A stretch of DNA of 62,918 nt, filler included, from Octopus bimaculoides (Eukaryota), in the NCBI RefSeq assembly GCF_001194135.2. It is 7 parts of 7 records of this genome, joined end to end, with 100 filler letters (N's around TTAATTAATTAA, not from the genome) between each part and the next. Parts side by side here need not be neighbours in the genome. Positions count along the whole stretch, not along the records: positions 22,591 to 36,158 come from NC_068981.1; positions 36,259 to 42,520 come from NC_069000.1; 5 more parts are not named here. One strand, given 5' to 3'. Below are positions 24,929 to 38,609 of the stretch, piece by piece. Position 1 is the stretch's first letter. The number at the start of each line of letters is the position of its first letter. The position numbers and the translations under genes were made by a program. The notes below the pieces were generated by a model. The model saw only the letters and a list, made by a program, of their open reading frames with translations, was not told where the DNA came from and made no database searches.

Positions 24929-27900
24929 AACTACTCGAAACGGAATAAAAACACGAATATAAAAATCTCTTTCTGTTAAACTTTATGTAAGACGTAATAA
25001 TTCAACATTTTACATTGTTCTTTTGGAAGTATAATAACTTAGTACATTTTAAAGAAATATTTACTCAAAGGATATTGATTTACATCAATTTTTCTTAATT
25101 TTAAAACAGACGGTAAGCTGTAGGTAGTCCAGACATTGATGTACTGGTCATGACAGGAGAAAATCATTAACAATTACTTGCCTGAAGCACAAATCCCACT
25201 GTCTGATCATCGAATGCTCTTATTTTCTAAATCAATTACAAACCTGAGCTATAATCCCTTGATATAATTTTCAATAATAGTATTGAAGTAATCCGTGTTC
25301 AGATGATTCTTAATGTCGCATTTAACTTTCTTTTCTTTTTTAATCTAATATTCTATTAATCAATAGAATATTACAATGTTTAACAACCCGAAAATTGGAG
25401 ATACATAACACAGTTTGGTAACTTGGAAGAGAAGGATTGTCTAGGTTAAAATATTCAAAATGATTTGAAATCAATCATGGAGCTAGAATAATAAAACATT
25501 GTGCAGTACAAAATCACAATATACACTAAAATCTCACTCTGAATTGAAATCACGATGCACTATTTTCTAAAATATTTTCCCATAGAGTTTGCCAAGAGAC
25601 AAAACTATTAGACTATATAACTCAGTATTTCGATTTCAGATTCACTTATATAGTAAGTACTGGAGTGGTCAAAATATCCGTTCTGTTATTTTAAACGAAA
25701 ATAAACACAAGTTTTAAACACAAAGCGAGTTATTTAATCATTGATATAATTACGGTTTTGTTCCAGTATCTTCTGCCATCTTGTCGACAAGTCCATTATT
25801 GAAGTCAACTTTTCACGCCAGCTGCTTGCACCTATTTCTTTTCAAATTAGGTACACACGCACGCGTACATACACAAGCACATTGCACTCTCTCTCTCTGA
25901 AACACAGTTGTATATGTAGTCAATTCAAATAAAAGAGCCATAAATTTAGGAAAACTGACATGTGGATGTGCAAAAGGAATGCATTAGGTTGACGCTCAGT
26001 AAAAACAGAGAATTGTTCCGAAAGAATGTAAATATGGGCATATATTTTAAAGGTGTAGATCTTTAAAATTTGCACGTGTTGACGTCTCACTTTCCTGATA
26101 GGAATTTTGCTTCCCGTTTTGCTTTTCTACAGACAAATAATGAATGTTAGGTAGAAATACGTGACATCATTGAAGTTTTGAAGAAAAATACGTTCAAGCT
26201 CTCCGACATCACACAATTGTACAGGTTTTTGACGGAGATGTCAGTTTTTTCACTGATAGTGAGAATTGACGAATGCTAAAGTCCAACCACAGTCAGTTTA
26301 AAAAAAATAGTGCAAATGTCAACAATGGCTCAAACACATCGCTTGTAATAAACACCATCTTTAAATTTAAGTGCGCATTTAAACGACACCTGTCAGTTCT
26401 GAAATAAATTGTAATTATGCCCAATCTTTGTATTCCATTAAGTATGACCATTGCACTATCTATTTATCTATCTATCTATCTATTTATCTATCTATCTGTC
26501 TGTCTGTCTGTCTGTCTGTCTGCCTGCCTGTCTATCTATTTATCTGTCTATCTCACCTTTGTTTTTTTTTCACCGTTGGTTTTTATTTTCACCTTTCGCT
26601 TTTTTCAATCTTTTCCATTTTTTCTTTCCAGTCGAGCGTGACATTTTTCTTTCTTTTGCGTTACTCATTTATTTGTCCCGTCTTACAACCGCCCGGCCTT
26701 ATTTTGGCTGTATATTTATATTTATCTTACTTCATTTGTATATCCACATTTGCGTCGAGTTTGTAATTGCCATTCTCCTCAACTTTCGCTGGTTATTCCC
26801 TGCAGCGTCTCGTTGTTCGCGCCGCCAAAAGTGGACGATATTATCATTAAAGATGTGGAATTGTAAGGATCTTTTGGACGGTACCTTACGAGGAATGAAG
26901 AGTTTTTCGTCACGTATCTTAACATTTCGTTTCTTCCTTTGTTGCGTATTTATTGCATACATACATACATGCATACATAGATACATACATACATACATAC
27001 ATATATGGACCGCTGAAATCTACAAGTTTTTTTCATTCTCTCTGTGTTTGTTTTCTCTTATTCCTGTGGAAGAGAGTAGGTTCGAAACGTAAAATGCGTT
27101 TGCATTTTCCCGAACGTCAAGCTAATACACTCGCTTATTGTTCACACACTTATCNNNNNNNNNNNNNNNNNNNNNNNNNNNNNNNNNNNNNNNNNNNNNN
27201 NNNNNNNNNNNNNNNNNNNNNNNNNNNNNNNNNNNNNNNNNNNNNNNNNNNNNNNNNNNNNNNNNNNNNNNNNNNNNNNNNNNNNNNNNNNNNNNNNNNN
27301 NNNNNNNNNNNNNNNNNNNNNNNNNNNNNNNNNNNNNNNNNNNNNNNNNNNNNNNNNNNNNNNNNNNNNNNNNNNNNNNNNNNNNNNNNNNNNNNNNNNN
27401 NNNNNNNNNNNNNNNNNNNNNNNNNNNNNNNNNNNNNNNNNNNNNNNNNNNNNNNNNNNNNNNNNNNNNNNNNNNNNNNNNNNNNNNNNNNNNNNNNNNN
27501 NNNNNNNNNNNNNNNNNNNNNNNNNNNNNNNNNNNNNNNNNNNNNNNNNNNNNNNNNNNNNNNNNNNNNNNNNNNNNNNNNNNNNNNNNNNNNNNNNNNN
27601 NNNNNNNNNNNNNNNNNNNNNNNNNNNNNNNNNNNNNNNNNNNNNNNNNNNNNNNNNNNNNNNNNNNNNNNNNNNNNNNNNNNNNNNNNNNNNNNNNNNN
27701 NNNNNNNNNNNNNNNNNNNNNNNNNNNNNNNNNNNNNNNNNNNNNNNNNNNNNNNNNNNNNNNNNNNNNNNNNNNNNNNNNNNNNNNNNNNNNNNNNNNN
27801 NNNNNNNNNNNNNNNNNNNNNNNNNNNNNNNNNNNNNNNNNNNNNNNNNNNNNNNNNNNNNNNNNNNNNNNNNNNNNNNNNNNNNNNNNNNNNNNNNNNN

Positions 27901-29333
27901 NNNNNNNNNNNNNNNNNNNNNNNNNNNNNNNNNNNNNNNNNNNNNNNNNNNNNNNNNNNNNNNNNNNNNNNNNNNNNNNNNNNNNNNNNNNNNNNNNNNN
28001 NNNNNNNNNNNNNNNNNNNNNNNNNNNNNNNNNNNNNNNNNNNNNNNNNNNNNNNNNNNNNNNNNNNNNNNNNNNNNNNNNNNNNNNNNNNNNNNNNNNN
28101 NNNNNNNNNNGGCAAAAGAAGACGGGTCATTCTTGGCTTTCTATCATCAGTCAAGTACCAGAAGTCACGACCATTTCGGACAGTTACAATTGAGATGGTT
28201 CGATCTGGTTGTCCTCCAAAATGTCTAAGCTAAAAACATTAGACCCTTTGTAAGAAAGCTAGCGAATGTGCTCGGCATGAAAGACAAAAAAAAACAAACA
28301 AACGAAGAAAAAATACGGAGAACATGGTACACAATTACGAATACAATTACGACTGAGAGCGATTCAAATTGAGCTAGCGTGTATGAAGTGAAAGCCTAAA
28401 GGCAGGAACATCGGAGATGGACACAAGACGTGTTGACGTAGAATCTGTTTAATCGCAGCAATAATTTTTATATTTCTTGATTTGCAGAAAGCCACCTTTT
28501 TTGTGAGTTGAAAATTAATAAATTAATTTAAAAAAAAATATGAATAAGGAAGCGTATGGACACAGTAGGGGATTGACACTTTGAATAAGATAGGATTGGT
28601 AGTGACAAAAATGGAGACCATGAACGCCCTAGTTAAAACAATATGGGAACTTTGCCTTTCAAACTCTCCGGGTCGATAAAATAAGCCTCACTTGATCGAC
28701 TCATTTCCAGTAATCGACTTACTTCCTCCTCCGAAATTCCTGACGTTATACCAAAACTTGAAATCAATATTTAAGGTAAAGCTAAATTCATTCACTACAT
28801 CCTGTAGCAAGCGCTATAATTGTAATAAAAACACTAGTGAATTGGTGTTGTTCGCCGCAAATTCATTAGTGTTTTTATCATAGTCATCCTTGTTCGATAA
28901 CCTATTCTAGTAACATGTTGGGGTGAGCTTAGTTGGTGTTGTTTAGATGGCTATACCCATTCTTGCATAGATTTTAATAAGAAACTAATTACTTTGCTGT
29001 TTAGCTGATATGATTTGTCTGCACATCCTTGAATTAATCCATAAAATAGATGCACCAAACAGTTCGGTAACTACATTTTAACGCTCAAATTTTGCACCAC
29101 AGAAATTTCGTCGCTTGCAATTGGAGAGTTTATATGGATAATTCTAGAGAAGCATGGCAAAGAAATACTATATTACTTAGTTTCAACAAATATACAAATG
29201 GCCCTGAGCACATCGTTGATGTTTTTTGAAAGTGTGACTGGAAAGAATTCATATTCATAAATCAGTATCGTTATATTTATAGTCATTCCTTTATGTTACC
29301 CTCATGTTTTTATACATACATACACATATTATA

Positions 29334-29370
<37 letters not shown>

Positions 29371-32360
29371 NNNNNNNNNNNNNNNNNNNNNNNNNNNNNN
29401 NNNNNNNNNNNNNNNNNNNNNNNNNNNNNNNNNNNNNNNNNNNNNNNNNNNNNNNNNNNNNNNNNNNNNNNNNNNNNNNNNNNNNNNNNNNNNNNNNNNN
29501 NNNNNNNNNNNNNNNNNNNNNNNNNNNNNNNNNNNNNNNNNNNNNNNNNNNNNNNNNNNNNNNNNNNNNNNNNNNNNNNNNNNNNNNNNNNNNNNNNNNN
29601 NNNNNNNNNNNNNNNNNNNNNNNNNNNNNNNTTATTTGCGTTTTCTGTACAAAATAAAAGACTGCTTACTGATATAATTACTAGCTTTAAATTGTCTTGC
29701 ATGATATTTTCTACATCAAATACTTTTATGGCTTAGATAATTGCATTTTGTTCACATAATTATTATTTTCTGTCTACTGTAATGAAGTTCATATTAAAAA
29801 CGTATATTGTCATATATAATTATTGATCAAAATGTAAAATTATCGGCTCTTGGAAATGTAAAATAAATGAATAATAAAAATGTTGCCAAGCTACTAAATA
29901 ACCTTAAAGTCCTTTAAGTTAAATTCAGTGCAGCACTGAAAAATTTGCTAATGTTTATTAACAAATTTTACAAAACTGTAGAAAATAATGAATTCAAGGA
30001 ATATATAAATGAAAATATATATAAAAGTAGTGTTTCCCTTGTAGTCATTAAGAAACCTCTAAAATATAATTAAGGTGAAGATCAAATATATACTATTTCC
30101 TTCTTTTATTTAAATCTTCCATATCTCAGTTTTATTTTAATTTAGATCTCTGGTGACTATGTTTAATAAAATAACTATATAAAATGTAGGACAAAATTTT
30201 GAAAGTACAGTGGATATATACATTTTATAAACGCACATATCTACATATGAAAATACACCTGCTTAGTAATATGCTTGTATACATGCAGGCACACGCGTAT
30301 GTTTATATAATTGTGTGTGCGTGCTTGTGTGCTTGTATTTGTGTAGATTTTATTCATATAAAATACACCATCACACATTTATCTCATTCATTATTGTATT
30401 TTTATGTATGTTTGTATGTTTGTATTTGAGAAAGCGGTAAAACAACTTGGTGAAAATGATATAAAAAGGCAGAGATTAATTCAAGGGAAAAGTGACATAG
30501 TAGGAGTGATATGTAGTAGCAGAAGATGAATGCTGCGTTCGATATAATTGTTTTGACATCAAAAGCCTTGTATGTCTTCCAGTGTTTCGGTGTACTATAA
30601 AACAAGCAGCTCTCAACAACAGATGTATCACTAATCGATATTGTCCTTAATGTTGTCTTCATATTCAGTTATAATAATTCTTTTACTACTTTCTTTGCCT
30701 TCTTTCCTTAATTTCTTGTCATTTGTTTATTCGATTCTTTGGAGAGGTTGAGACTTGTCCTGACCTAATTCTTAAATATATCAAATTTAAAATACTATAC
30801 AAATTATTATATAAAATATATAACTTTTTTCCTTATACTCTCCGGCTTAGTACAATGGCAATGAGTGCGAAGAGAAATTCTTAGAATAATTAATTTATGA
30901 CCTATCTTCGTTCATCTTCCAAACGCAACGCACGCAGAGCCTTGAGAACGGAAATATGTTTCTACTGAACTGAGAGAAGTGCATAGATTTTAAAACCGTT
31001 TCAGAGCCTAATACTTCCAGAGTGCTCTTAATATTATTGGGATATCATGAAGGAAGTCGAGTCTTTTTTCTCACATTGAAGTACAGATTGTTAAGTTAAC
31101 AGATAATATGAAACAAAAATTTAATAGTATTATATATTTGTTACGAACCAAATAAATGAAATTTTTTTTCGTTCATCTTTTCTTTACTCTCGACACTTTG
31201 ATTTATCGTTTATCATTTCATCTCTATTTTTTCCCGTCATCAATTTTCATTTATGTCTAAAATTCTGTTATTCCGATTAATCTTTTATTTCTTACATTTT
31301 ATTCTTTTCTAATTTTCTTTAAATTTTTCTTTCAATATTTTCAGCTTGTATTCCTCATTTGGAATCTTCACTTACCAAAATTACACCCTTCAATTTTTGC
31401 CAGACATAGATGTACAGCTAGCTATACGGCACAACAAGTATCAAGAAACCTGATGGAATTTAAAAGGCCGTCCTACCAAATCCAAGATACTTCTTGCTAT
31501 CAGCAATAAATAACATCAAATAAAGACAAGTATCACTTATAAATAGAGTAAGTCAAGGATTAAGTGTCTTAGATCTCAATCGATGTTTTACAATGAAGAG
31601 TCAGACATATTTGAACTCATTCCTGTTCTGTCATATTAAAGTGGGGAGCACATTGAGCAAAACTATGGGATAGCTCTGATCACGTGATAACCAATACATG
31701 TATACAAATTATATAAGTATATGATACGTATAAAGAAAAATCTTTACAACGCGTCATATGCATGTACAGTAAAGTGAAAATTATAACTTTGTTGAAACAT
31801 TTCAGACTGCATTTAATCATCACGTACTTTCTATGCAAACCAGACAAAGTTTTCATCATGTAACATTATTCCTACGCAACTAAATTTAAATGACATTAAA
31901 TTTAAATTCTGTGTCATTCTATGACCTAAAAAGAAGTATATGTACTGAAATATAATAGCTTATGGACATTTCAGAGATAATCTTTGGCATTATTTGTGAG
32001 TCCGTTTACTAATAAGCATTTTTAAATTGCTGAATACTGCTATGAAAGACGCCAGTCATATAATTCTTCCCACACCAGACACAGAATCCTAAACAAGGCA
32101 TTTACTCACTCAGCCGCATGATTCTTCCTACACAGGCCGTATTATCCTAATAAAATGCATTTACACAGAAACAGTACTATTGATAACAAAATATAACAAG
32201 TAGTTGTATGCTGTCAACTTAATGTGACAGTCCCCTGAAGAGAATAATACTACTGTCCGTTAGACCTAGGAAGCTGCACCGATTCCTGTCGGCCTTGACA
32301 CATTTCCTGTGTTTTTATGTTTACAAGAGGGAGACAAGCACCTCCACCCAGCTAAGCCTG

Positions 32361-32416
32361 CATCCAGAGACACGTTTCTGAGTCTTTGCTCGTCATCAGA
32401 CTGATGACGAGCAAAG
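32361..32416 (-). ncRNA. Type I hammerhead-ribozyme-like motif overlapping a perfect 16-bp inverted repeat
   Basis: Minus strand reads CTGATGA-CGAG caaaga CTCA-GAAAC-GT-GTC, followed by a stem I-compatible CTGGATG. Stem II closes with a C-A mismatch. Confidence 0.45.
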
Positions 32417-32583
32417 TGGCAAAAAAATGCATATATGGATATTAAAAAATACAAATAAACAAGACATGTGTTACATTGTGTAATCTTAGCTTCAAAACTG
32501 TTCTGGAGTGGCTTCAACTGGCAGAGGTTTTAAAACATTAATTATCGCGTTGTCTATGGTATGAATTCGATCGGGAAGACTTC

Positions 32584-32660
<77 letters not shown>

Positions 32661-33561
32661 AGAGAGAAATCTACGTACTCCGACTCTTTCGCACTTCTAC
32701 ATTACTACAAAGGATGTTAACGACGCAGTTCTTAAGATGCCGTTGTTACAAGAAGAAACAAGCCAATGCGCGACCAGTGTGTACAGCGAATTAACATACT
32801 AGAAATGCTCTGTATACCGCACATCTTCCTCTTATTCTTGCACATTTAGCTGTGTGTTCTAATATCTATTTTAGCCAATCTAGTGCATAGTCATGTGGTA
32901 TAATTATGCTTGGAAGACATATTGATGGTAAACTGTAAAGCGTGTTACTAAGATTTGTAAAATAACTTTGTAAGATGCGTTTTTTTTCCCCTAACCTGGG
33001 TATTGAGGGCTGACGCACCTTAGATAATATATTCTTGTTATAAGCACAAAAAAAGAAAAGAAAAGGAAAACGAACATCATTTACTAATGCTTATCTAAAG
33101 TTTGTTTCAATTGGAGAATCAAAATACGTCTTATATGGTAGTCAAATGTAATATTGGTTTCAAATTTTGTCACAAAGCCAGTAATTTCATGGGAGGGTAC
33201 ATCATCTACACTAACCCCAGTGCTCAAATGGAACTTATTTTATTGACCGCGATAGGATGAAAGACTAAGTCGAACTGCGAAAGTAAAGATGGACGACATG
33301 CCGCTAAAATCTTCACCGCCGTGCTAACGATTCTGCTAGCTAGTTGCCTTACTCAAACGTAATATTAATGATAAAAGTCCTTTGTATTAGAGGATCGAAT
33401 CCTGACATTTGATGGGAAGAGGCTAGTTGATTGCATCGACCACAGTGCACTATTGCTACATATTCTATCAACATTGAAAGGATGACACGCAAATTCCACC
33501 TCGTCGGAATTTGAACTCAGAATGTAAGCTAGACAAAATGGTGAAAATAATAATAATAATG

Positions 33562-33604
<43 letters not shown>

Positions 33605-33614
33605 TGATAATAAT

Positions 33615-34300
33615 AATTTTCGTTTCTCATCAACATTGGAAGGCTTGCTGGTTCTCTATGCTTCTCTTTAGAATAGTGTTACGCATTTAAATGATAATAT
33701 ATTGTTTTACTCTTTTGCTTGGTCTTATGGCTGCAGTTTCGACGAATGATATCGTATGCAAGAATTTAAGCACTAGGTAAAAATCACTTCTTTACTTCTG
33801 TTCCGCACGGATTTTTAATTTTATTTAATTTTCTTATCAAATTTCAGATGATAGATAATATTCCTATTTTGTTTTACTTATATCTCTAACGTTGAAAACC
33901 AGCTTGTTCGTCCATTTTGTCTCAACTTTGCTTAGTTTGGAGTTAAATATAAAATTCGTCGCATACAATTTTCGTTTCTCCTAAACGTAGGAAAGTTTAG
34001 CTCTGTTTCTGTCTCTCTTCAGAATTGAGCGAAGTATTTAAATAGTTATACATTGCTTTTCTCTTTCACTTGACGCTATCATCGCAGTTTGGATCAATAG
34101 TATTGCATACAGGAATTTAAAGATAAGGTAAGATAATTTCTTTACTTCTTTTGCATGTAGAATAACAGTACAAATACATTTTAAAATATTATTTTCTTTT
34201 TCTCCTCAAATGTCAGATGATAGATTTTATATTTCTATTTCGCTTCACTTATATCCCAACATTGTAAAGATTCTGGCACTTCGGCGTTTGTTGACCTAAG
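33615..34300. repeat. Old ~350-bp tandem duplication
   Basis: Both units begin AATTTTCGTTTCTC and share GCAGTTT, GGTAA.AT..TTCTTTACTTCT and AAAT.TCAGATGATAGAT. Confidence 0.65.
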
Positions 34301-36124
34301 TTTCATGGCAATAGTGTATGTGTAGATGTAAGACCTACCATGTGGGTCAGCCGCTGTGTTTTGTTCTAAGTTCTGGAAACGTGACCCACGTTTTCCTAGA
34401 CCATCCCTCAGTCTGTAGTCATAACGTTTGCTTGTGCATCAGATACAGCTATACACTGTTTGCTACTCGTTTTTTTCTAGTTTCATTGAAACTATGTTTT
34501 AGACAGAAGCAGCTATTGAATCGTATTTTTCATCCTATTTTTGTTTACATGACAAACTATTAATTTTTTCTAGCAGAGTTAAATTTCAGAATATCCTCGC
34601 TTTCCATTTCATAAGTATGATATCCCTTGAGCAGCAAGGAGGTGAAGTTAAGATAATTCCATGAAATGATTAATGAATAAGGAAGAAGAGTGTAATATAA
34701 ATAGAATTTTATATTCTAAGTAAATCAATGCAGCTAAATAGTATCAATTTACGTTAATATTTTAAAGTTTTGCACGAGAACTTATGGCAGTGAAATTAAT
34801 ATTTGATAATGACATGATATGAATTATAGTTTAATAATGATGTTGGTGACTATGTTGATGATGATGATTAAGAGGCGGAAGAGGAGGACGACGAAGATAA
34901 CAATTATGACGAAGGTGGAAATAATCATAATGATGCCTATATCAAGGAAAAATTAAATCTAGGGAAACACTAATGTAATTGCTTTATAATGTTTCCAATC
35001 TGGAAATTAAGTTAAAAGTAAGCAAACTGTGGAATAGAAAGACAATTTCGAAAAAGGTAATTGTGTATTATTGTTTTTAATCGTTTACCGTTTATTTGCT
35101 TCAGTCACTGGATTCCGGCGATGTTAGGGTATCCCTTTAAAGGTTTTAGGCGAACAATTCGATACCCGCATTTATGATTTGATGCCTGAAATTTATTCTA
35201 TTGCTTCTTTTTTCAAAGCACTAACTTAGAGTGACGTAAACAAAGCAACACCTGTTGTCAAGTGGTGTTGAGACAAACACAAATACAAGGGACACACTAC
35301 CGCTGACACACACGCATACATTGAAATACGACATAGTCTAGCAGATTTACTCAGAATGGGTGCTATGTCCCAAATTATGATCATCCAACTGATTGCATCG
35401 AACACAGCAACTCACTTTAGTCAGTGTTACCTTGCCACATATTGCATTGCATCTTCCATTACGTTAACGAGCTCTGTCTTTCAGAGTTACCCGTCTGCTT
35501 ATTTCCCCCACCTATTCGTACCCGACATTCCGGTATGTCTTTATCTCATCATCTATTCTATTTATCACCAAGTACTCGCCCTAACATTCTCTGCTATTCC
35601 TTTTATTATCCTTAGATCATGATTCCTCTTCGCCTATAATTTCGATACAGTAGAAGACTTCCTCTCTGAACACAAACCACATCAAGCTAAACGCTTTCAA
35701 AGGTTTGTGTTTTCCCTTATATTTAAGCGACATAATACAATCGATGTCATTATATGAAGTTTCAGTCGTTCCTATAATAATTTAAACACGCAGAAATCAC
35801 ACTCATTTCAAAAATACATTTGCATATGACCAATTATTTAGTACTGCATAGTCAGTTTGTCAGCTGTGACACCAAGAACAATTCTCTTTAGCAATTGGGG
35901 GATTCCTCTATACTATATGAACTTCGGTTAAATACATAACCGTTGAATTCGTTTCATAGCTGTTTTAATGTATTTGGATAATGTCACTTGATTTTTCAAC
36001 TGTTTAGCTTACTAATTAAGCTCAGCTGTTGTCATATGAAACAAAACTAACTTTCGCTGGAAAGCATTAACCTTTAGTAGATTCAACAGTAATTGAATTT
36101 GTAAAGTATATACACACACATACA

Positions 36125-36158
<34 letters not shown>

Positions 36159-37063
36159 NNNNNNNNNNNNNNNNNNNNNNNNNNNNNNNNNNNNNNNNNN
36201 NNTTAATTAATTAANNNNNNNNNNNNNNNNNNNNNNNNNNNNNNNNNNNNNNNNNNNNTATATATATATATATATATGCATGTATATACACACCTCTCCT
36301 TTTACTTCTACATCAATTTGGTTCCCAAGAACTTTTCTCAAGAATTATTCTCTCGGATTTTCTCACAAGACACAGATAGATGTACACACGCATACACACA
36401 CACACACACACATACATACACACATACATCTAGTACACACAGTACATGCCTTCACTTCTATATGTACCCATACATATCTATACGCAACATATACACCCAC
36501 CGACACACACATACATATATATATATTTATATACACGCAGAGTATAAGCAGCGAAGCTCAACATACGCACAGCAACCTGTTGATTCTAAACTGATGACAC
36601 ATGTACCCTGGTGGTTGTGGTAGAACGGGGGTGGAAGTGATGATGTAGGGGGGGGTGAAGATGGCGGGGGTGTGGATGCAGGGTGGAGGTCGAGAGAAGC
36701 GGGTGAATGGGAGCGGGTGAGATGAGATTGGTGAAAAAGGAGAACTTAAGATTTCAGACCAAACCGATGTGTGTAAATCATGTTTGATGTCTGTGTCACT
36801 GTGCGCGTATGTATGTATGCATGTATGTATGTATGTATGTATGTATGTATGTATGTATGTATGTATGTATGTATATGTGTGTGTGTGTGTGTGTGTGTGA
36901 GTGTATGTTTTATGAAGTGGGGGTGGGCGACGAGGGAGAAATACATCTTCTCACGGAATCTTTCTACTCAATTGCAAACCATCCCCCACAGCCGATACCA
37001 CCGTCTATAACAACAACAACAATAACAACAGCTATTATTACTACCACCACCATCACCACCACC

Positions 37064-37106
<43 letters not shown>

Positions 37107-38609
37107 AATTGAAATCCACAACAGCCAAGAATATTACCACTGCTATCACAATCGCAAATACAAATATGTATGCACACGCCTATATATATGTATATATATA
37201 TGTATATATATGTGTATATATATATATGTATATATGTGTGTAGAAGTTTCTCTTTCTCTCTCTCTCTCTCTCTGTATAAGTGTGTATGTCTTTCTGTCTG
37301 TGTGTATGTGTCTGTGTGTGGGGAGGTGTATGTGCGTGTCTTTGGATGTCTATATGTGTGTGTATATGTATGGTTATGTATGCACTGGTCACAAATTACG
37401 GAATGGCCTGCTGGCATGCGGTCACCTTATTTTGTCCACTATGTGGTCAAGTTAACATACCGTCCCCACCACCACCACCACCACCACCACATCCATTCAT
37501 CGTCCATCCCCAACGTTTTAACTGTTTCTACCCACGACCTTTTCACCCTCACCACCACCACCNNNNNNNNNNNNNNNNNNNNNNNNNNNNNNNNNNNNNN
37601 NNNNNNNNNNNNNNNNNNNNNNNNNNNNNNNNNNNNNNNNNNNNNNNNNNNNNNNNNNNNNNNNNNNNNNNNNNNNNNNNNNNNNNNNNNNNNNNNNNNN
37701 NNNNNNNNNNNNNNNNNNNNNNNNNNNNNNNNNNNNNNNNNNNNNNNNNNNNNNNNNNNNNNNNNNNNNNNNNNNNNNNNNNNNNNNNNNNNNNNNNNNN
37801 NNNNNNNNNNNNNNNNNNNNNNNNNNNNNNNNNNNNNNNNNNNNNNNNNNNNNNNNNNNNNNNNNNNNNNNNNNNNNNNNNNNNNNNNNNNNNNNNNNNN
37901 NNNNNNNNNNNNNNNNNNNNNNNNNNNNNNNNNNNNNNNNNNNNNNNNNNNNNNNNNNNNNNNNNNNNNNNNNNNNNNNNNNNNNNNNNNNNNNNNNNNN
38001 NNNNNNNNNNNNNNNNNNNNNNNNNNNNNNNNNNNNNNNNNNNNNNNNNNNNNNNNNNNNNNNNNNNNNNNNNNNNNNNNNNNNNNNNNNNNNNNNNNNN
38101 NNNNNNNNNNNNNNNNNNNNNNNNNNNNNNNNNNNNNNNNNNNNNNNNNNNNNNNNNNNNNNNNNNNNNNNNNNNNNNNNNNNNNNNNNNNNNNNNNNNN
38201 NNNNNNNNNNNNNNNNNNNNNNNNNAATTCAACACTTAGGATGTGCCCAGTTCCTTGTTATACTCAGTTCATATTAAAGTGTTGTCATATTTTGCTTTGG
38301 TTTAAGGCCGTGAGCTATAGAATCGTAATGAGGTCGGACGAAATGCTCAGCGGCATTTTGTCCACCGAGGCCGACTCTGCCGACTCTTCCTTTCGGGGTC
38401 GACTAAATAAGTACCAGTTGAGTACTGGGGTCGACGAAATCGACTAGCACCCCCCCCCCCACACACACACACTCCATTAAATTTCAGGCTTTGTGCCTAT
38501 AATAGAAAGGATATTTTGGATTGGTCTGTTATAGATAATACTTTAAATATGTTTCTTCTTCTCCAAATAATAACTTTCTTTTTTTTTTTCTCCATTCTGT
38601 CTTTTGCAG

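Noticed and set aside
25655-25800. Possible mariner terminus remnant (TACTGGAGTGGTCAAAATATCCGTTC)
   Set aside because: No matching second end or transposase-coding remnant could be confirmed.
27066-27110. Hammerhead-like CTGTGGA...GAAACGTA
   Set aside because: Core A6 is substituted, stem II is broken and there is no stem I. At most it is a decayed Penelope-type remnant.
26953-28233. Long ORFs in the track (426, 502, 425, 422 aa and similar)
   Set aside because: They consist of X residues from N gaps or of translated microsatellites (YIYI, VCVC, poly-I).
38516-38609. First 31 codons of the 290-aa ORF (MDWSVIDN...[11 protein letters not shown])
   Set aside because: It begins at a non-ATG codon and translates the polypyrimidine tract. 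It is interpreted as intron.
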